From contig OZ255842.1 of NCBI GenBank assembly GCA_965277805.1, positions 5,376,001 through 5,440,000 of the forward strand: a DNA stretch of 64,000 bases. Reading direction: 5' to 3'. The stretch comes from Candidatus Lustribacter sp. (GTDB lineage Bacteria > Vulcanimicrobiota > Vulcanimicrobiia > Vulcanimicrobiales > Vulcanimicrobiaceae). Shown here in pieces: positions 1 to 9,374 of the stretch. How positions within the stretch are numbered: position 1 is the stretch's first letter; each line of letters begins with the position of its first letter. The position numbers and the translations under genes are program-made. The notes below the pieces were generated by a model. It did no database searches and was not told the DNA's origin. It worked only from the letters and a program-made list of their open reading frames with translations.

Positions 1-736
1 TCGCGCCGCCGCCGAACGCGATCGCTGCGAGCCACGGCGAATGCAGGCCGAGTTGCGGAATCGCGGTGAACGCGCTGAGCAGCAGCAGCGCGGCGAGGGT
101 GAGCGAGACCGCACCGCGCCATTCCAGCGGCATCCGGCGCGGTTCATCGCTCGGCAGGTAGCGCCACGCACCGATGCATGCGAAGACGGCGATGAACGCG
201 GCCGGCAGAAAGATCGAGCGCCAGCCGAAGAGGCTCGTGAAGATGCCGCCCAGCGGCGGCCCGAGCGCTTGTCCCGCGCTGTTCGCCATCGCCCACGCGC
301 TGAGCGCGAGCGGGCGGTCACCGGGATCGTAGAGTTCGGCCAACAGCGTCAAGACGAGCGGCACGATGCCCGCGGCCGCCGCGCCTTGCACGATGCGCAC
401 GGCGACGAGCACCGCGAGGTTCGGTGCCAGCGCACCGGCGACGCCGCAGATGCCGTAGACCGCGATGACGATGCAGTACACTCTACGCCGGCCGAAACGG
501 TTGCCGATCCAATCGCCCAGCGGCAGCAGCGTCGCGAACGTGATGGCCTGCGAGGTGATGAGCAGTGAGGCATCCGCGATCGACACCTGCAGGTCGCGGG
601 CGATGTTGGCGATCGGCACGTTGAGAATCGTGCTGCCGAGTACGGACATGAAGGTTCCGGAGACGACCGCGATGGTCGCGATCGTGCGCCCGGCGTGATT
701 CCGGGTCGCCGCTGTGGTGGCCATTGGAACGCTCAT
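1..736 (-). CDS. DHA2 (EmrB/QacA-type) MFS transporter, 3' end outside window
   Basis: Manual minus-strand translation from ATG 736: MSVPMATTAATRNHAGRTIATIAVVSGTFMSVLGSTILNVPIANIARDL...LGDWIGNRFGRRRVY (MFS motif A). The frame is open to the window edge. Confidence 0.85.
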   Translation of the reverse strand, partial: MSVPMATTAATRNHAGRTIATIAVVSGTFMSVLGSTILNVPIANIARDLQVSIADASLLITSQAITFATLLPLGDWIGNRFGRRRVYCIVIAVYGICGVAGALAPNLAVLVAVRIVQGAAAAGIVPLVLTLLAELYDPGDRPLALSAWAMANSAGQALGPPLGGIFTSLFGWRSIFLPAAFIAVFACIGAWRYLPSDEPRRMPLEWRGAVSLTLAALLLLSAFTAIPQLGLHSPWLAAIAFGGGA

Positions 737-786
737 GCTACGAGCATGCCAGGACGTCCCGCCCCGGCGGTCATACACTAGTGGGG

Positions 787-1986
787 ATGAAGGTCTTCGT
801 CTTTGATCTCTTGCCCTACGGCGAAAATCTCGCGCACCTGCAGGTCGGTAAAGAACTTCCGTATCCGCTCTCGCAAAAGTATTTCAAGCCCGACGTTGCG
901 GTGCGCACGTATGCGGAACACCTCGACGCGTGGGAGCTGATGGACGAGTTGGGCTACGACGGCGTCGGCTTCAACGAACATCACACCTCGCCGTACGGGT
1001 TGATGAACTCACCGAACTTGATGGCTGCCTCGGCGGCGCAACGGACGAAGAACATCAAGCTGCTGATCTACGGCAATCTGCTGCCGCTGCACGAACCGCT
1101 GCGCTTGGCCGAAGAGCTGGCGATGCTCGACTGCCTCTCGAACGGCCGTCTGATCTCGGGTTTCGCGCGCGGCATCCCGCGCGAGTACAACGTGCACAAC
1201 GTCAAGCACGCCGAATCGCGCGCGCGGTTCGAAGAAGCCTACGACATCATCACGCGCGCCTGGACCGAAGACGTGTTCTCCTACGAGGGCCGGTTCTGGT
1301 CGTATCGCGACGTAGGAATCTGGCCGCGGCCGGTGCAGCAGCCGATGCCGCCGGTCTGGACGCCGATTTCGAGCAGCAAGGAGTCGATCGAGTGGGCCGC
1401 GCGCCACAACATCCCGATCACGCCCGGTCTCGGTTCGCGCGGCATGCGCGAGGACATCACGCGCTACTACGCACAGTGCCTAGCGGCGGCCGGTCACAAG
1501 ATCACTCCCGGCCACCTGACGATCGGCATTGAGGCATACGTCGCCGAGAGCAAGGCGCAGGCCGTGCGCGAGTACGGACCGCATCATCTCTACTTCAACC
1601 GCGTGCTGTTCAGTCACGGCAACACGACGGAACTCGACCTCAACACGAAGACCGGCTATCTCACCGAACAATCGGCGAGCTTCATGCGGCCGGAAAATCT
1701 CGGGGCCGCGGCGCGCTCACGTTCCGACTACCGCGATATGACGATGGCCGATGTCGAGCGGAAGGCCGAGAACCTGCCGTGGGGCACGGCGGAAGAAGTG
1801 CGCGAGCGCATCATCGAGGAGGCGGAGCACGCCGGCGCCGAGACCGTGCTGATGAGCTTTAATCGCGGCGCGATGCCGCACGAGATGTTCGTCGAACAGA
1901 TCCGGCGTTTCGCCAAGGACGTGCTGCCCGCGCTGCAGGCGCATCAGATCACGACGGTGCCGTTGGTAGCGGGGGCCGCGGTTTAG
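787..1986 (+). CDS. LLM (luciferase-like) flavin-dependent monooxygenase
   Basis: GFNEHH, LRLAEELAMLDCLSNGRLISGFARG and WPRPVQQP motifs; start trimmed to MKVFVFD. Confidence 0.9.
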   Translation: MKVFVFDLLPYGENLAHLQVGKELPYPLSQKYFKPDVAVRTYAEHLDAWELMDELGYDGVGFNEHHTSPYGLMNSPNLMAASAAQRTKNIKLLIYGNLLPLHEPLRLAEELAMLDCLSNGRLISGFARGIPREYNVHNVKHAESRARFEEAYDIITRAWTEDVFSYEGRFWSYRDVGIWPRPVQQPMPPVWTPISSSKESIEWAARHNIPITPGLGSRGMREDITRYYAQCLAAAGHKITPGHLTIGIEAYVAESKAQAVREYGPHHLYFNRVLFSHGNTTELDLNTKTGYLTEQSASFMRPENLGAAARSRSDYRDMTMADVERKAENLPWGTAEEVRERIIEEAEHAGAETVLMSFNRGAMPHEMFVEQIRRFAKDVLPALQAHQITTVPLVAGAAV

Positions 1987-1990
1987 GCGC

Positions 1991-3457
1991 GTGTCCCTCA
2001 AAGGTATCTTCGCACCGGAGTTCCGTCAGCGGCTGATCGCGCTGACGGTCGCGTGCGCGTTCTTCATGGAAATGCTCGACGGCAGCGTGATCGCGACGGC
2101 GTTGCCGCAGATGGCGCAGTCGTTCCATGAAAACGCCGTCAACCTCAGCATCGGGATGTCGGCCTATCTGCTCACGCTCGCGATCTTCATCCCCGCAAGC
2201 GGCTGGATTGCCGACCGGTTCGGTTCGAAGACGATCTTTTTGAGCGCGATCGCCATCTTCACCGCGGCCTCGGTATTCTGCGGCATTTCGAACACGCTCT
2301 TCGAGTTTACCGTCGCCCGCATCGTGCAGGGCGTGGGCGGCGCTATGATGGTGCCGGTGGGTCGCCTCGTGGTACTGCGCAGCAGCGACAAGCGCGACCT
2401 CGTCAACATGATGCAGTTCATTTCGACGCCCGGATTGATTGCGCCGATGCTCGGCCCACCGATCGGCGGGTTCATCACGACGTATTCATCCTGGCGCTGG
2501 ATCTTTTTCTTGAACGTGCCGATCGGCGCGCTCGGTCTCGCTCTGGTGCTGGCGTTCATGGTCAATCACAAAGCCGAAGAGCGCCGCTCGTTCGACTGGC
2601 CGGGTTTCGTCCTCAGCGGCGCGGGCCTCGCATCGCTGCTCTTCGGACTCGATCAACTCGGGCGCCCGAGTATCTCCTCGACGTTCACCGCAGCCCTGAT
2701 CGGCATCGGCATCGTGATCTGCGGCTTTGCCTACGTGCACTTGACGCGCACGGAGCATCCGCTGCTCGATCTCTCGCTCTTCAAGATTCACACGTTCAAG
2801 ATCTCGACGCTGCTGGCCGGCACGTCGTTCCGCATCGTGATCGGCACGACCCCGTTCCTGTGGCCGCTGCTCTTCCAAGTCGGCTTCGGCATGAGCGCGT
2901 TCGCGTCGGGTTCGCTGACGATCGCCTGCGCGATCGGCGACTTCGTGACGAAGTTCGTTTCGAAGAGGATTCTGCAGCGTTTCGGCTTCCGCCAAACGCT
3001 CACGATCAACGGAATTTTCTGCGCGCTGGCGGTTGGCGCGTGCGCGCTCTTCAACGCCTCGACCCCGGTAATCGTCCTTGCTGCCGTGCTGTTCATCATC
3101 GGCTGTTCGCGCTCGGTGCAGTTCGGCTCGTTCAACGCCTTGACGTACGGTGACGTTCCGCAAACGCGCATGAGCGCGGCCAGTTCGCTCGCCAGCACGT
3201 TGCAGCAGCTGGCATTCGGCGTCGGCGTCGCCTACGGCGCGCTGGTCTTGCACCTCGCGGCGCTCTGGAACGGCCGCAGCGGCGGTTTCACCGTCGCCGA
3301 CTTCCACCTCGCATTCCTCGCCACCGCCGCGCTCGCGCTCTTCTCCGCATTCTCGTTCACCCGCCTCGCCCCCGACGCCGGCGCCGAAGCCAGCGGCCAC
3401 ATCCCCCAACAGCCAACTTCCGCCAATCCCAATGTCATCCCGAGCGGAGCGCCGTAG
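1991..3457 (+). CDS. DHA2 MFS transporter (14 TMS)
   Basis: FMEMLDGSVIATALPQMA, GWIADRFG and WRWIFFLNVPIG motifs; the stop codon lies inside the downstream repeat element. Confidence 0.9.
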   Translation: MSLKGIFAPEFRQRLIALTVACAFFMEMLDGSVIATALPQMAQSFHENAVNLSIGMSAYLLTLAIFIPASGWIADRFGSKTIFLSAIAIFTAASVFCGISNTLFEFTVARIVQGVGGAMMVPVGRLVVLRSSDKRDLVNMMQFISTPGLIAPMLGPPIGGFITTYSSWRWIFFLNVPIGALGLALVLAFMVNHKAEERRSFDWPGFVLSGAGLASLLFGLDQLGRPSISSTFTAALIGIGIVICGFAYVHLTRTEHPLLDLSLFKIHTFKISTLLAGTSFRIVIGTTPFLWPLLFQVGFGMSAFASGSLTIACAIGDFVTKFVSKRILQRFGFRQTLTINGIFCALAVGACALFNASTPVIVLAAVLFIIGCSRSVQFGSFNALTYGDVPQTRMSAASSLASTLQQLAFGVGVAYGALVLHLAALWNGRSGGFTVADFHLAFLATAALALFSAFSFTRLAPDAGAEASGHIPQQPTSANPNVIPSGAP

Positions 3458-3641
3458 GGCGCGCAGAGAGGGACGAGATATAGTCCTGAACGTTTACGCA
3501 GGGCAACTCAACCACCCGTGTGCGTTTCACAACGACGCGACAACCTGCGGTACCCACGTTTGTGGAATTGCCGTGGCTCGATTTCGAGATAATCTCTCGT
3601 CCCTCGTCTACGCGCCCTACGGCGCTCCGCTCGGGATGACA
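3433..3641. repeat. REP-doublet/MITE-like element copy 1 (inverted ~45-bp arms beginning TGTCATCCCGAGCG)
   Basis: Left arm TGTCATCCCGAGCGGAGCGCCGTAGGGCGCGCAGAGAGGGACGAGA and right arm TCTCGTCCCTCGTCTACGCGCCCTACGGCGCTCCGCTCGGGATGACA are near-perfect reverse complements. Lies at a convergent gene junction. Confidence 0.9.
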
Positions 3642-3651
3642 GTGTGGGGGG

Positions 3652-4965
3652 CTAGGTCGTTTCTAGGGTTTTGAGCAACTCGCGTGGGCCTTCGGTTACG
3701 GCGCGATTGCAGAGTTCGTGCATGGCGGCGGTGTAGGCGGGTGATTTCGCTTGGAGTTGTTCGAACGTTAGCGGGGTTTCCGGGTCGCCGGGCGGGTGTT
3801 CTAGGGTTAGGCTGTGTTCGGTGCCGTTGTTGAGGCGGACGGTGATGCGGGCGGGCCAGAGGCGCGGGTAGACGTTGTCGAAGGCGTCGGTTGCCGCGGT
3901 TTCAACGCGTTTTTCGAAGGCGAGGATGGCGTCGCTGAACGGGCCGGCGCGCACGACGTCGTAGAGCACGTTGCGGTCGAGCGCGGCGGCGGCGACCTGG
4001 AAGGCTTGGCTCGTTGCGGTCGAGAGGCGCTCGCCGGCGCGTGAGGGGTTTTCGATCATCCATGCGTAGTCGCGTGGAACCTCGACGCGCACGTGTGCGA
4101 CGTTCGCCGGATCGATGCGTTCGCGTTCGCTGAGCGCGATGTAGGCGGCGGCTCCCGAGAGTGCCTGACGCGAGGTGCAGAACGGTTTTTGCGCGAGCGC
4201 GGCAATGTCGCCGTCGCCGATCGCGCGCGCGGCGAGTTCTTCGTCCATCACGTTCGGTAGCACGGCCGAATCATCGAGCAGCAAGCCGGCCGCGGCCGCG
4301 TTGGCCGCATCGACGCCGGTCTCTACCGACGCGCCGAAGAGATACCAGCGCGCGGTACGCGTGCCGCTGCGGCCGACGCGTGAGATGGTGCGCAGCGAAG
4401 CGATGCGCAGGGCTTGCGCGAGCGCGGGCGCATCGAGGCCGATCATCACGCCGGCAACGGCCGCGGCGGTAACGGGCGCGACGGCGATCGTGGGCCACGT
4501 ACCGCTGCGCAAGACGCTCGCGCCGCCGACCGCGGCGCCGAAGCGAATCGCAGCGGCGTAACCGGCCGCGAGCCCGCGCCGTAACGTCGCGCCGTCGACG
4601 GGCATGCGCGCCGCGACGGCGAGCGCGGCCGGAATCACGACGGCGCTGGCCGTGACGCATGTGGCGAGGTGGATGTCGTCGATCTCGGTATGCCGGATCG
4701 TCACGGCAAACGCGTTGGTTTGCCGCGGTGTCGCGCGCGTCACGCCGGCCACGCGCGCGGCGGTGCGGCCCTCATCGGTTTCGCGTCCGGCGAGAAACGC
4801 GGCGATCGTATCGCCGAGCCGCCGCGCCGCAATGTCCGATGCTACGTCGGCAGCATCGATTGCGGTGAGGCGTTCGGCGAAGGTCGCGAAGACGCTAGAC
4901 GAGTGCGGGTTGGGCGCGGTGGCAGAAGTCGCCGAAGGCTTCGCCGGGTCGTCGATCGGTGGCAT
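3652..4965 (-). CDS. MmgE/PrpD family protein
   Basis: EIDDIH, SAVVIPAALA, QKPFCTSR and PPGDPETPL motifs; overlaps the 3' end of the sulfite reductase by 71 bp. Confidence 0.8.
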   Translation of the reverse strand: MPPIDDPAKPSATSATAPNPHSSSVFATFAERLTAIDAADVASDIAARRLGDTIAAFLAGRETDEGRTAARVAGVTRATPRQTNAFAVTIRHTEIDDIHLATCVTASAVVIPAALAVAARMPVDGATLRRGLAAGYAAAIRFGAAVGGASVLRSGTWPTIAVAPVTAAAVAGVMIGLDAPALAQALRIASLRTISRVGRSGTRTARWYLFGASVETGVDAANAAAAGLLLDDSAVLPNVMDEELAARAIGDGDIAALAQKPFCTSRQALSGAAAYIALSERERIDPANVAHVRVEVPRDYAWMIENPSRAGERLSTATSQAFQVAAAALDRNVLYDVVRAGPFSDAILAFEKRVETAATDAFDNVYPRLWPARITVRLNNGTEHSLTLEHPPGDPETPLTFEQLQAKSPAYTAAMHELCNRAVTEGPRELLKTLETT

Positions 4966-6553
4966 ATGCCCGGAAGAGTTCCGAAAGCACGCCGGCGATC
5001 TCCTCGCCTTTGACCTTTTCGCGATAGGCCGTATTGAGGCGCGTCGCGCCGAAATTGCCGCCGACCGAGATGATGTAGGTGTTGAGGCTCATCCCGACGA
5101 TCCCGATTTCGCCGGTAGCGGGCCGCGCGCAACTGTTCGGGCAGCCGGTCATGCGAATCGTAGGCACGCCGTCGCGCAAGCCGGCCGCCTGCCACGCTTG
5201 GCGGATGCCTTCGAGCAGCGTGGGCAAGAAGCGCTCGGATTCCGCCAGCGCGAGACCGCACGTCGGCAAGGCCGGGCACGCGAGCGCGCGGCGTTCGAAC
5301 TCATCGGCGTTGTTGAGCACGCCGTTGGCCTTCAGGATCGCATCGATCGTCGCGCGCTGACCCGCATCGACGTCGACGATCAAGAGCGACTGGCCCGGCG
5401 TGGCTACGAGGTTGCGGCCCGTTTGCGCGACGATGTCACGCAGTGCGGTCTTCAAACGGACCGTCCCGCGATCCGCAATGCGGCCGCTCAGGATGTCGAG
5501 CGCGTAGAAATACTTGCCGTCCCCTTGCGCGACCCAGCCCTGATACTCGGGCACCGTCCACGCGGGCAACGGGCGCCAGGCGCCGAGCTTGAAGCCGGCC
5601 TGCTGTTCGACCGCTTCGCGGAACCAAGCGATGCCGCGATCTTGGATCGTGTACTTGAGGCGCGCGTGTTTGCGGTTCGTGCGATCGCCGTGGTCGCGCT
5701 GCACGATCACGATCGCTTGCATGACCGGGATCAACTGCTCGGGCGTGACGAACGCGAACTCATCGGCCAAGCGCGGGAAGGTCGCGTGCTTGCCGTGCGT
5801 CATGCCGAGGCCGCCGCCGGCCGTAATGTTGTAGCCTTCGATCGTTCCGTCGGCCGCCGTGAGCACGACCACGCCCGCATCGTTCGTGTAGAGGTCGACC
5901 GAGTTGTCGCCCGGCACGGTGACCGCGATCTTGAACTTGCGCGGCAGATACGTCGGGCCGTAGATCGGCTCTTCGACGGGTTCTTCCGTTTGCGTCGTGT
6001 ACGCGAGTTCGCCGTCGCTCCAGAGCTCGGCGTAGGCTTTCGTGCGCGGCGTGAGCGCGTCGGCAATCGCGAACGCTGCGGCGCGCGCCGCATTGTAGTC
6101 GGGCCGCTGCAGCGGGAAAGGCGTCGCCATGACGTTGCGGTTGACGTCGCCGCACGCGGCCAGCGTCGAGCCGAGATGTTCGTTGATTTGGTGGATGACT
6201 TCGTGCAGGTTGCTCTTGAGCACGCCGTGCAGTTGCAGTGCGCCGCGCGTCGTGATGCGGACCGTGCCGTTACCGTAGAGGTCCGTCAGTTTGTCGACGC
6301 CGAGATAGAAGTCGGCCGGCAGAAAACCACCCGGGCTCTTGGTGCGAATCATGCAGCTGTAGTCGCGACCGGCGCCCGTTTCGCGTGCAGACTTGCGCGC
6401 ATCGCGGTCGTCCTGCTGATAGACGCCGTGGAACTTCAGCAGTTGGATCGCGTCTTCGCTGAAGTGATCGACGGGGGCGGCGAGCTCCTCGGGAATCGAG
6501 CCGCGCAGGCCTAGGCTATTGCGCTTCAGCTCTTCGACACTCAACTTACTCAT
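4895..6553 (-). CDS. sir: Siroheme/[4Fe-4S] sulfite reductase (ferredoxin-dependent Sir / CysI hemoprotein type)
   Basis: LLKFHGVYQQDDRD, CGDVNRN, YLPRKFKIAV; Cys ligands in ACPALPTCGLA and TGCPNSC. Confidence 0.88.
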   Translation of the reverse strand: MSKLSVEELKRNSLGLRGSIPEELAAPVDHFSEDAIQLLKFHGVYQQDDRDARKSARETGAGRDYSCMIRTKSPGGFLPADFYLGVDKLTDLYGNGTVRITTRGALQLHGVLKSNLHEVIHQINEHLGSTLAACGDVNRNVMATPFPLQRPDYNAARAAAFAIADALTPRTKAYAELWSDGELAYTTQTEEPVEEPIYGPTYLPRKFKIAVTVPGDNSVDLYTNDAGVVVLTAADGTIEGYNITAGGGLGMTHGKHATFPRLADEFAFVTPEQLIPVMQAIVIVQRDHGDRTNRKHARLKYTIQDRGIAWFREAVEQQAGFKLGAWRPLPAWTVPEYQGWVAQGDGKYFYALDILSGRIADRGTVRLKTALRDIVAQTGRNLVATPGQSLLIVDVDAGQRATIDAILKANGVLNNADEFERRALACPALPTCGLALAESERFLPTLLEGIRQAWQAAGLRDGVPTIRMTGCPNSCARPATGEIGIVGMSLNTYIISVGGNFGATRLNTAYREKVKGEEIAGVLSELFRAYATDRRPGEAFGDFCHRAQPALV

Positions 6554-6675
6554 GCGGGCTCGCCGCCGTCCACGTATTCACAACTTCTCCTAATCCGGCC
6601 ACAAGCCGTAACCCTACCATGCTGGACCGGTCCACGTCAAACAAGGGTTCATGCGCGGCCGCGGAAGCGCACCTC

Positions 6676-7443
6676 ATGGATTTGGGACTTACCGGGAAAA
6701 CCGCGCTCATTACGGGCGGCAGCGCCGGCATCGGCCTTGCCTGCGCGACCATGCTTGCCGGCGAGGGAGTGGCCGTCGCCATTGTGGGCCGCGACGCGGC
6801 CCGGCTCGCTGCGGCTGCACCGGCATTGCGGGCGCATACCGTTGCTGCCGACCTGTCCAAGGCTGAGGACGTCCTGCGCACCGCGCGCGAGGCGGAGGCG
6901 GCCCTTGGCCGGATCGACATCTTGATCAACTGCGCGGGCTCGGCCATGGGCGGCGACTTTCTCGACGTCGGGGACCAGGCGTATCTGGATGCCTGGAACC
7001 TCAAGCTGCTCGGCTACATCCGCATGACCCGCGCGGTCGTGCCCGGGATGATCGCGCGGCGTGACGGCCGCATCGTGAACATCGTCGGCGGCGCGGGCCG
7101 CTATCCCAGCGCGTCTTTTCTCACCGGCAGCACCAGCAACGCCGCGCTGTTGAACTTCACCCGCGGGCTCTCGAAAGAACTCGCGCAGTACAACGTGCGG
7201 ATCAACGCGATCTCGCCGGGCTCGACCGAGACCGAGCGCAGCGAACGGCAGCTCAAGTCGCGCGTCGCGCCGGGACAGACACTCGAGGAAGCCCGCGAGG
7301 CCAGGCTTGCCTCGATTCCGCTCAAGCGCATGACGCAGCCCGAAGAGATCGCGTCGATGGCGGTGCTGATCGTGTCCGACCGCATGGCCTCGATGACCGG
7401 CAGCGAGGTCCTGATCGACGGCGGCGTGATGCCGGCGGTTTAG
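6676..7443 (+). CDS. Short-chain dehydrogenase/reductase (SDR)
   Basis: TGGSAGIG Rossmann motif, LINCAG, RINAISPG. The usual catalytic YxxxK reads GSTSN. Confidence 0.88.
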   Translation: MDLGLTGKTALITGGSAGIGLACATMLAGEGVAVAIVGRDAARLAAAAPALRAHTVAADLSKAEDVLRTAREAEAALGRIDILINCAGSAMGGDFLDVGDQAYLDAWNLKLLGYIRMTRAVVPGMIARRDGRIVNIVGGAGRYPSASFLTGSTSNAALLNFTRGLSKELAQYNVRINAISPGSTETERSERQLKSRVAPGQTLEEAREARLASIPLKRMTQPEEIASMAVLIVSDRMASMTGSEVLIDGGVMPAV

Positions 7444-7452
7444 TTCAGGTTT

Positions 7453-7749
7453 CTAATTCAGGTTGATGTTGTCGACGCTGTGACCGCCGCGAGCGCCGAA
7501 GCGCACGAGCATCGCGTCGGCATGGAACGGGCCGATGCGTTCGAGCGGAATGTGCGGCGGCACCAACGGTCCGCTTTGCGGTAAACGCTCGCGCGCAGCT
7601 TGCACGCAGATCGATGCTGCGGCGACGAGCGCGAGGCCCCCGAAGAGTTCCCACATCGGCGTGGGCCAGGGCGGGGCATGTCCCAGCAGCGAGAGGACGG
7701 CGCGAATCGCCGTGATGACGATCAGGGCTTCGAGGAGCACGAGCTTCAT
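7453..7749 (-). CDS. Small hypothetical membrane protein
   Basis: 98 aa with two hydrophobic segments; fills the gap between the SDR and the permease. Confidence 0.5.
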   Translation of the reverse strand: MKLVLLEALIVITAIRAVLSLLGHAPPWPTPMWELFGGLALVAAASICVQAARERLPQSGPLVPPHIPLERIGPFHADAMLVRFGARGGHSVDNINLN

Positions 7750-7818
7750 AGCATCAGCCGCCGGGAAAGGGGGTGCCGAGTCTTCATTCTGCCCGGCGCC
7801 CTACTTTCTCTCTACCCA

Positions 7819-8610
7819 TTAGAGTTCTTCGCGCAAACTGCTTTCATGCCAATGGCCTAAGAGCGCGTTGTTGAGCGCGACCATCACGAGGTAGAGCGCG
7901 ACGCCGCTGAGCGCGATCAAAAACAGCGCGGCGAACATGAGGGGAATGTCGAGTTCGAAGCCGGCCTGCAGAATCTGGTAGGCCAGGCCCGCGCTGCGGC
8001 CGCCGGTTCCGGCGACGAATTCGGCCACCACGGCCCCGATCAGCGCGAGGCCACTCGCGATGCGCAAGCCGGCCAAGAAAAACGGCAGTGCGGAGGGGAT
8101 GCGCAAACGCACCAGCGTCTCGAGCCGCGTCGCCTTGTTCATGCGAAAGTAGCTCAGCAAACCGGGATCGACGCTATGCAGTCCGATCGTCGTGTTCGAG
8201 ATCACGGGGAAGATCGCGACGACCGCCGCGCAGATGGTGAGCGACAGCGACGTGTTTTTCACGAGGATGATGATCAGCGGCGCGATCGCAACGACCGGCG
8301 TTACCTGCAGCAGGACGGCATACGGGAAGAAACTCGCCTCGATGATCTTGCTCTGCACGAACACGAATGCGATCAGCGTGCCGAGCACGACCGCGATCGC
8401 GAACGCTTGCAGCGTGATGAGCAGCGTCGTGCCGAGCGCGCGCAGCAGTACCGGCCACTCGCGCACGAGCGCGCCGGCAATCGCGCTCGGCATCGGAAAG
8501 AGGTACGCCGGCACGTGCCAGAAACGGCATGCGCCCTCCCAGAGCGTCAGGATCAGCAAACCGACCACGATGGGAGCGCCGGTGCGAAAGGCGGTGTGCG
8601 GTTCGTTCAC
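7819..8610 (-). CDS. NitT/TauT ABC transporter permease
   Basis: LQVTPVVAIAPL, LRIPSALP and GAVVAEF motifs. Confidence 0.9.
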   Translation of the reverse strand: MNEPHTAFRTGAPIVVGLLILTLWEGACRFWHVPAYLFPMPSAIAGALVREWPVLLRALGTTLLITLQAFAIAVVLGTLIAFVFVQSKIIEASFFPYAVLLQVTPVVAIAPLIIILVKNTSLSLTICAAVVAIFPVISNTTIGLHSVDPGLLSYFRMNKATRLETLVRLRIPSALPFFLAGLRIASGLALIGAVVAEFVAGTGGRSAGLAYQILQAGFELDIPLMFAALFLIALSGVALYLVMVALNNALLGHWHESSLREEL

Positions 8611-9374
8611 GCTTCGGCTCCCGCGACCGACGCTTCGTGCAAGATCTTCGAGAGATCGCGTGAGAGCTCGGCGAAGCGCGCGCTGGTACGGAAGTCGTCA
8701 CCGCGCGGCTCGGGTTCGTCAACCCGGAACTCGGCAAACACGCGCCCGGGGTTCGCGGCCATCACGATCACGCGCGTCGAGAGAAAGACCGCTTCGTAAA
8801 GCGAGTGCGTCACGAAGATCGTGGTCAGTTTGCGCTCGAACGATAGCCGCAGCAAATCGTCGTCGAGGCGGTTGCGTGTGAACTCATCGAGCGCACCGAA
8901 CGGCTCGTCCATCAGCAGCAGATCGGGATCGGTCACGAGCGCGCGCGCGATCGAGACGCGCATGCGCATACCGCCGGAGAGCTGGCGCGGATAGTGCCGG
9001 CGGAATCCGGTGAGGTCGACATTGGCAAGGGCCGCATCCACGCGCGACGCCGCCGCCGCTTTGGAAACGCGGGCCAGGTCGAGCGGCAAGCGGACGTTGG
9101 TGTCGACCCGCGACCACGGCATCAGCGTCGGCTCTTGGAACACGAACGCCATTTGGCGCCCGGCCTGGACGGCGAGATCGCCGCTGGTCGGCGCGATCAG
9201 ATTTGCAATCAACTTGAGCAGCGTGCTCTTGCCGCAGCCCGAGGGACCGATCAACGTGACGAACTCGCCCGGCTGGACGCGCAGATCGATCGGCGCGAGG
9301 CCGCGCATGCCGTTGGAGAATACTTTGTCGGCGCCGCGGAGTTCGACCACCGCGGCGCCCGCTTCGCCGGTCAC
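8607..9374 (-). CDS. NitT/TauT ABC transporter ATP-binding protein
   Basis: Walker A GPSGCGKST, signature LSGGM, LLLMDEPF; GTG start overlaps the binding-protein stop (GTGA). Confidence 0.92.
   Translation of the reverse strand: MTGEAGAAVVELRGADKVFSNGMRGLAPIDLRVQPGEFVTLIGPSGCGKSTLLKLIANLIAPTSGDLAVQAGRQMAFVFQEPTLMPWSRVDTNVRLPLDLARVSKAAAASRVDAALANVDLTGFRRHYPRQLSGGMRMRVSIARALVTDPDLLLMDEPFGALDEFTRNRLDDDLLRLSFERKLTTIFVTHSLYEAVFLSTRVIVMAANPGRVFAEFRVDEPEPRGDDFRTSARFAELSRDLSKILHEASVAGAEA

Noticed and set aside
3432-3674. 80-aa ORF across repeat copy 1 (and 38315-38782 across copy 2)
   Set aside because: These span palindromic repeats, show no coding signature and are not shared between copies.
4604-6514. 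636-aa + strand ORF
   Set aside because: Antisense shadow of the sulfite reductase with no motifs; expected in high-GC DNA.
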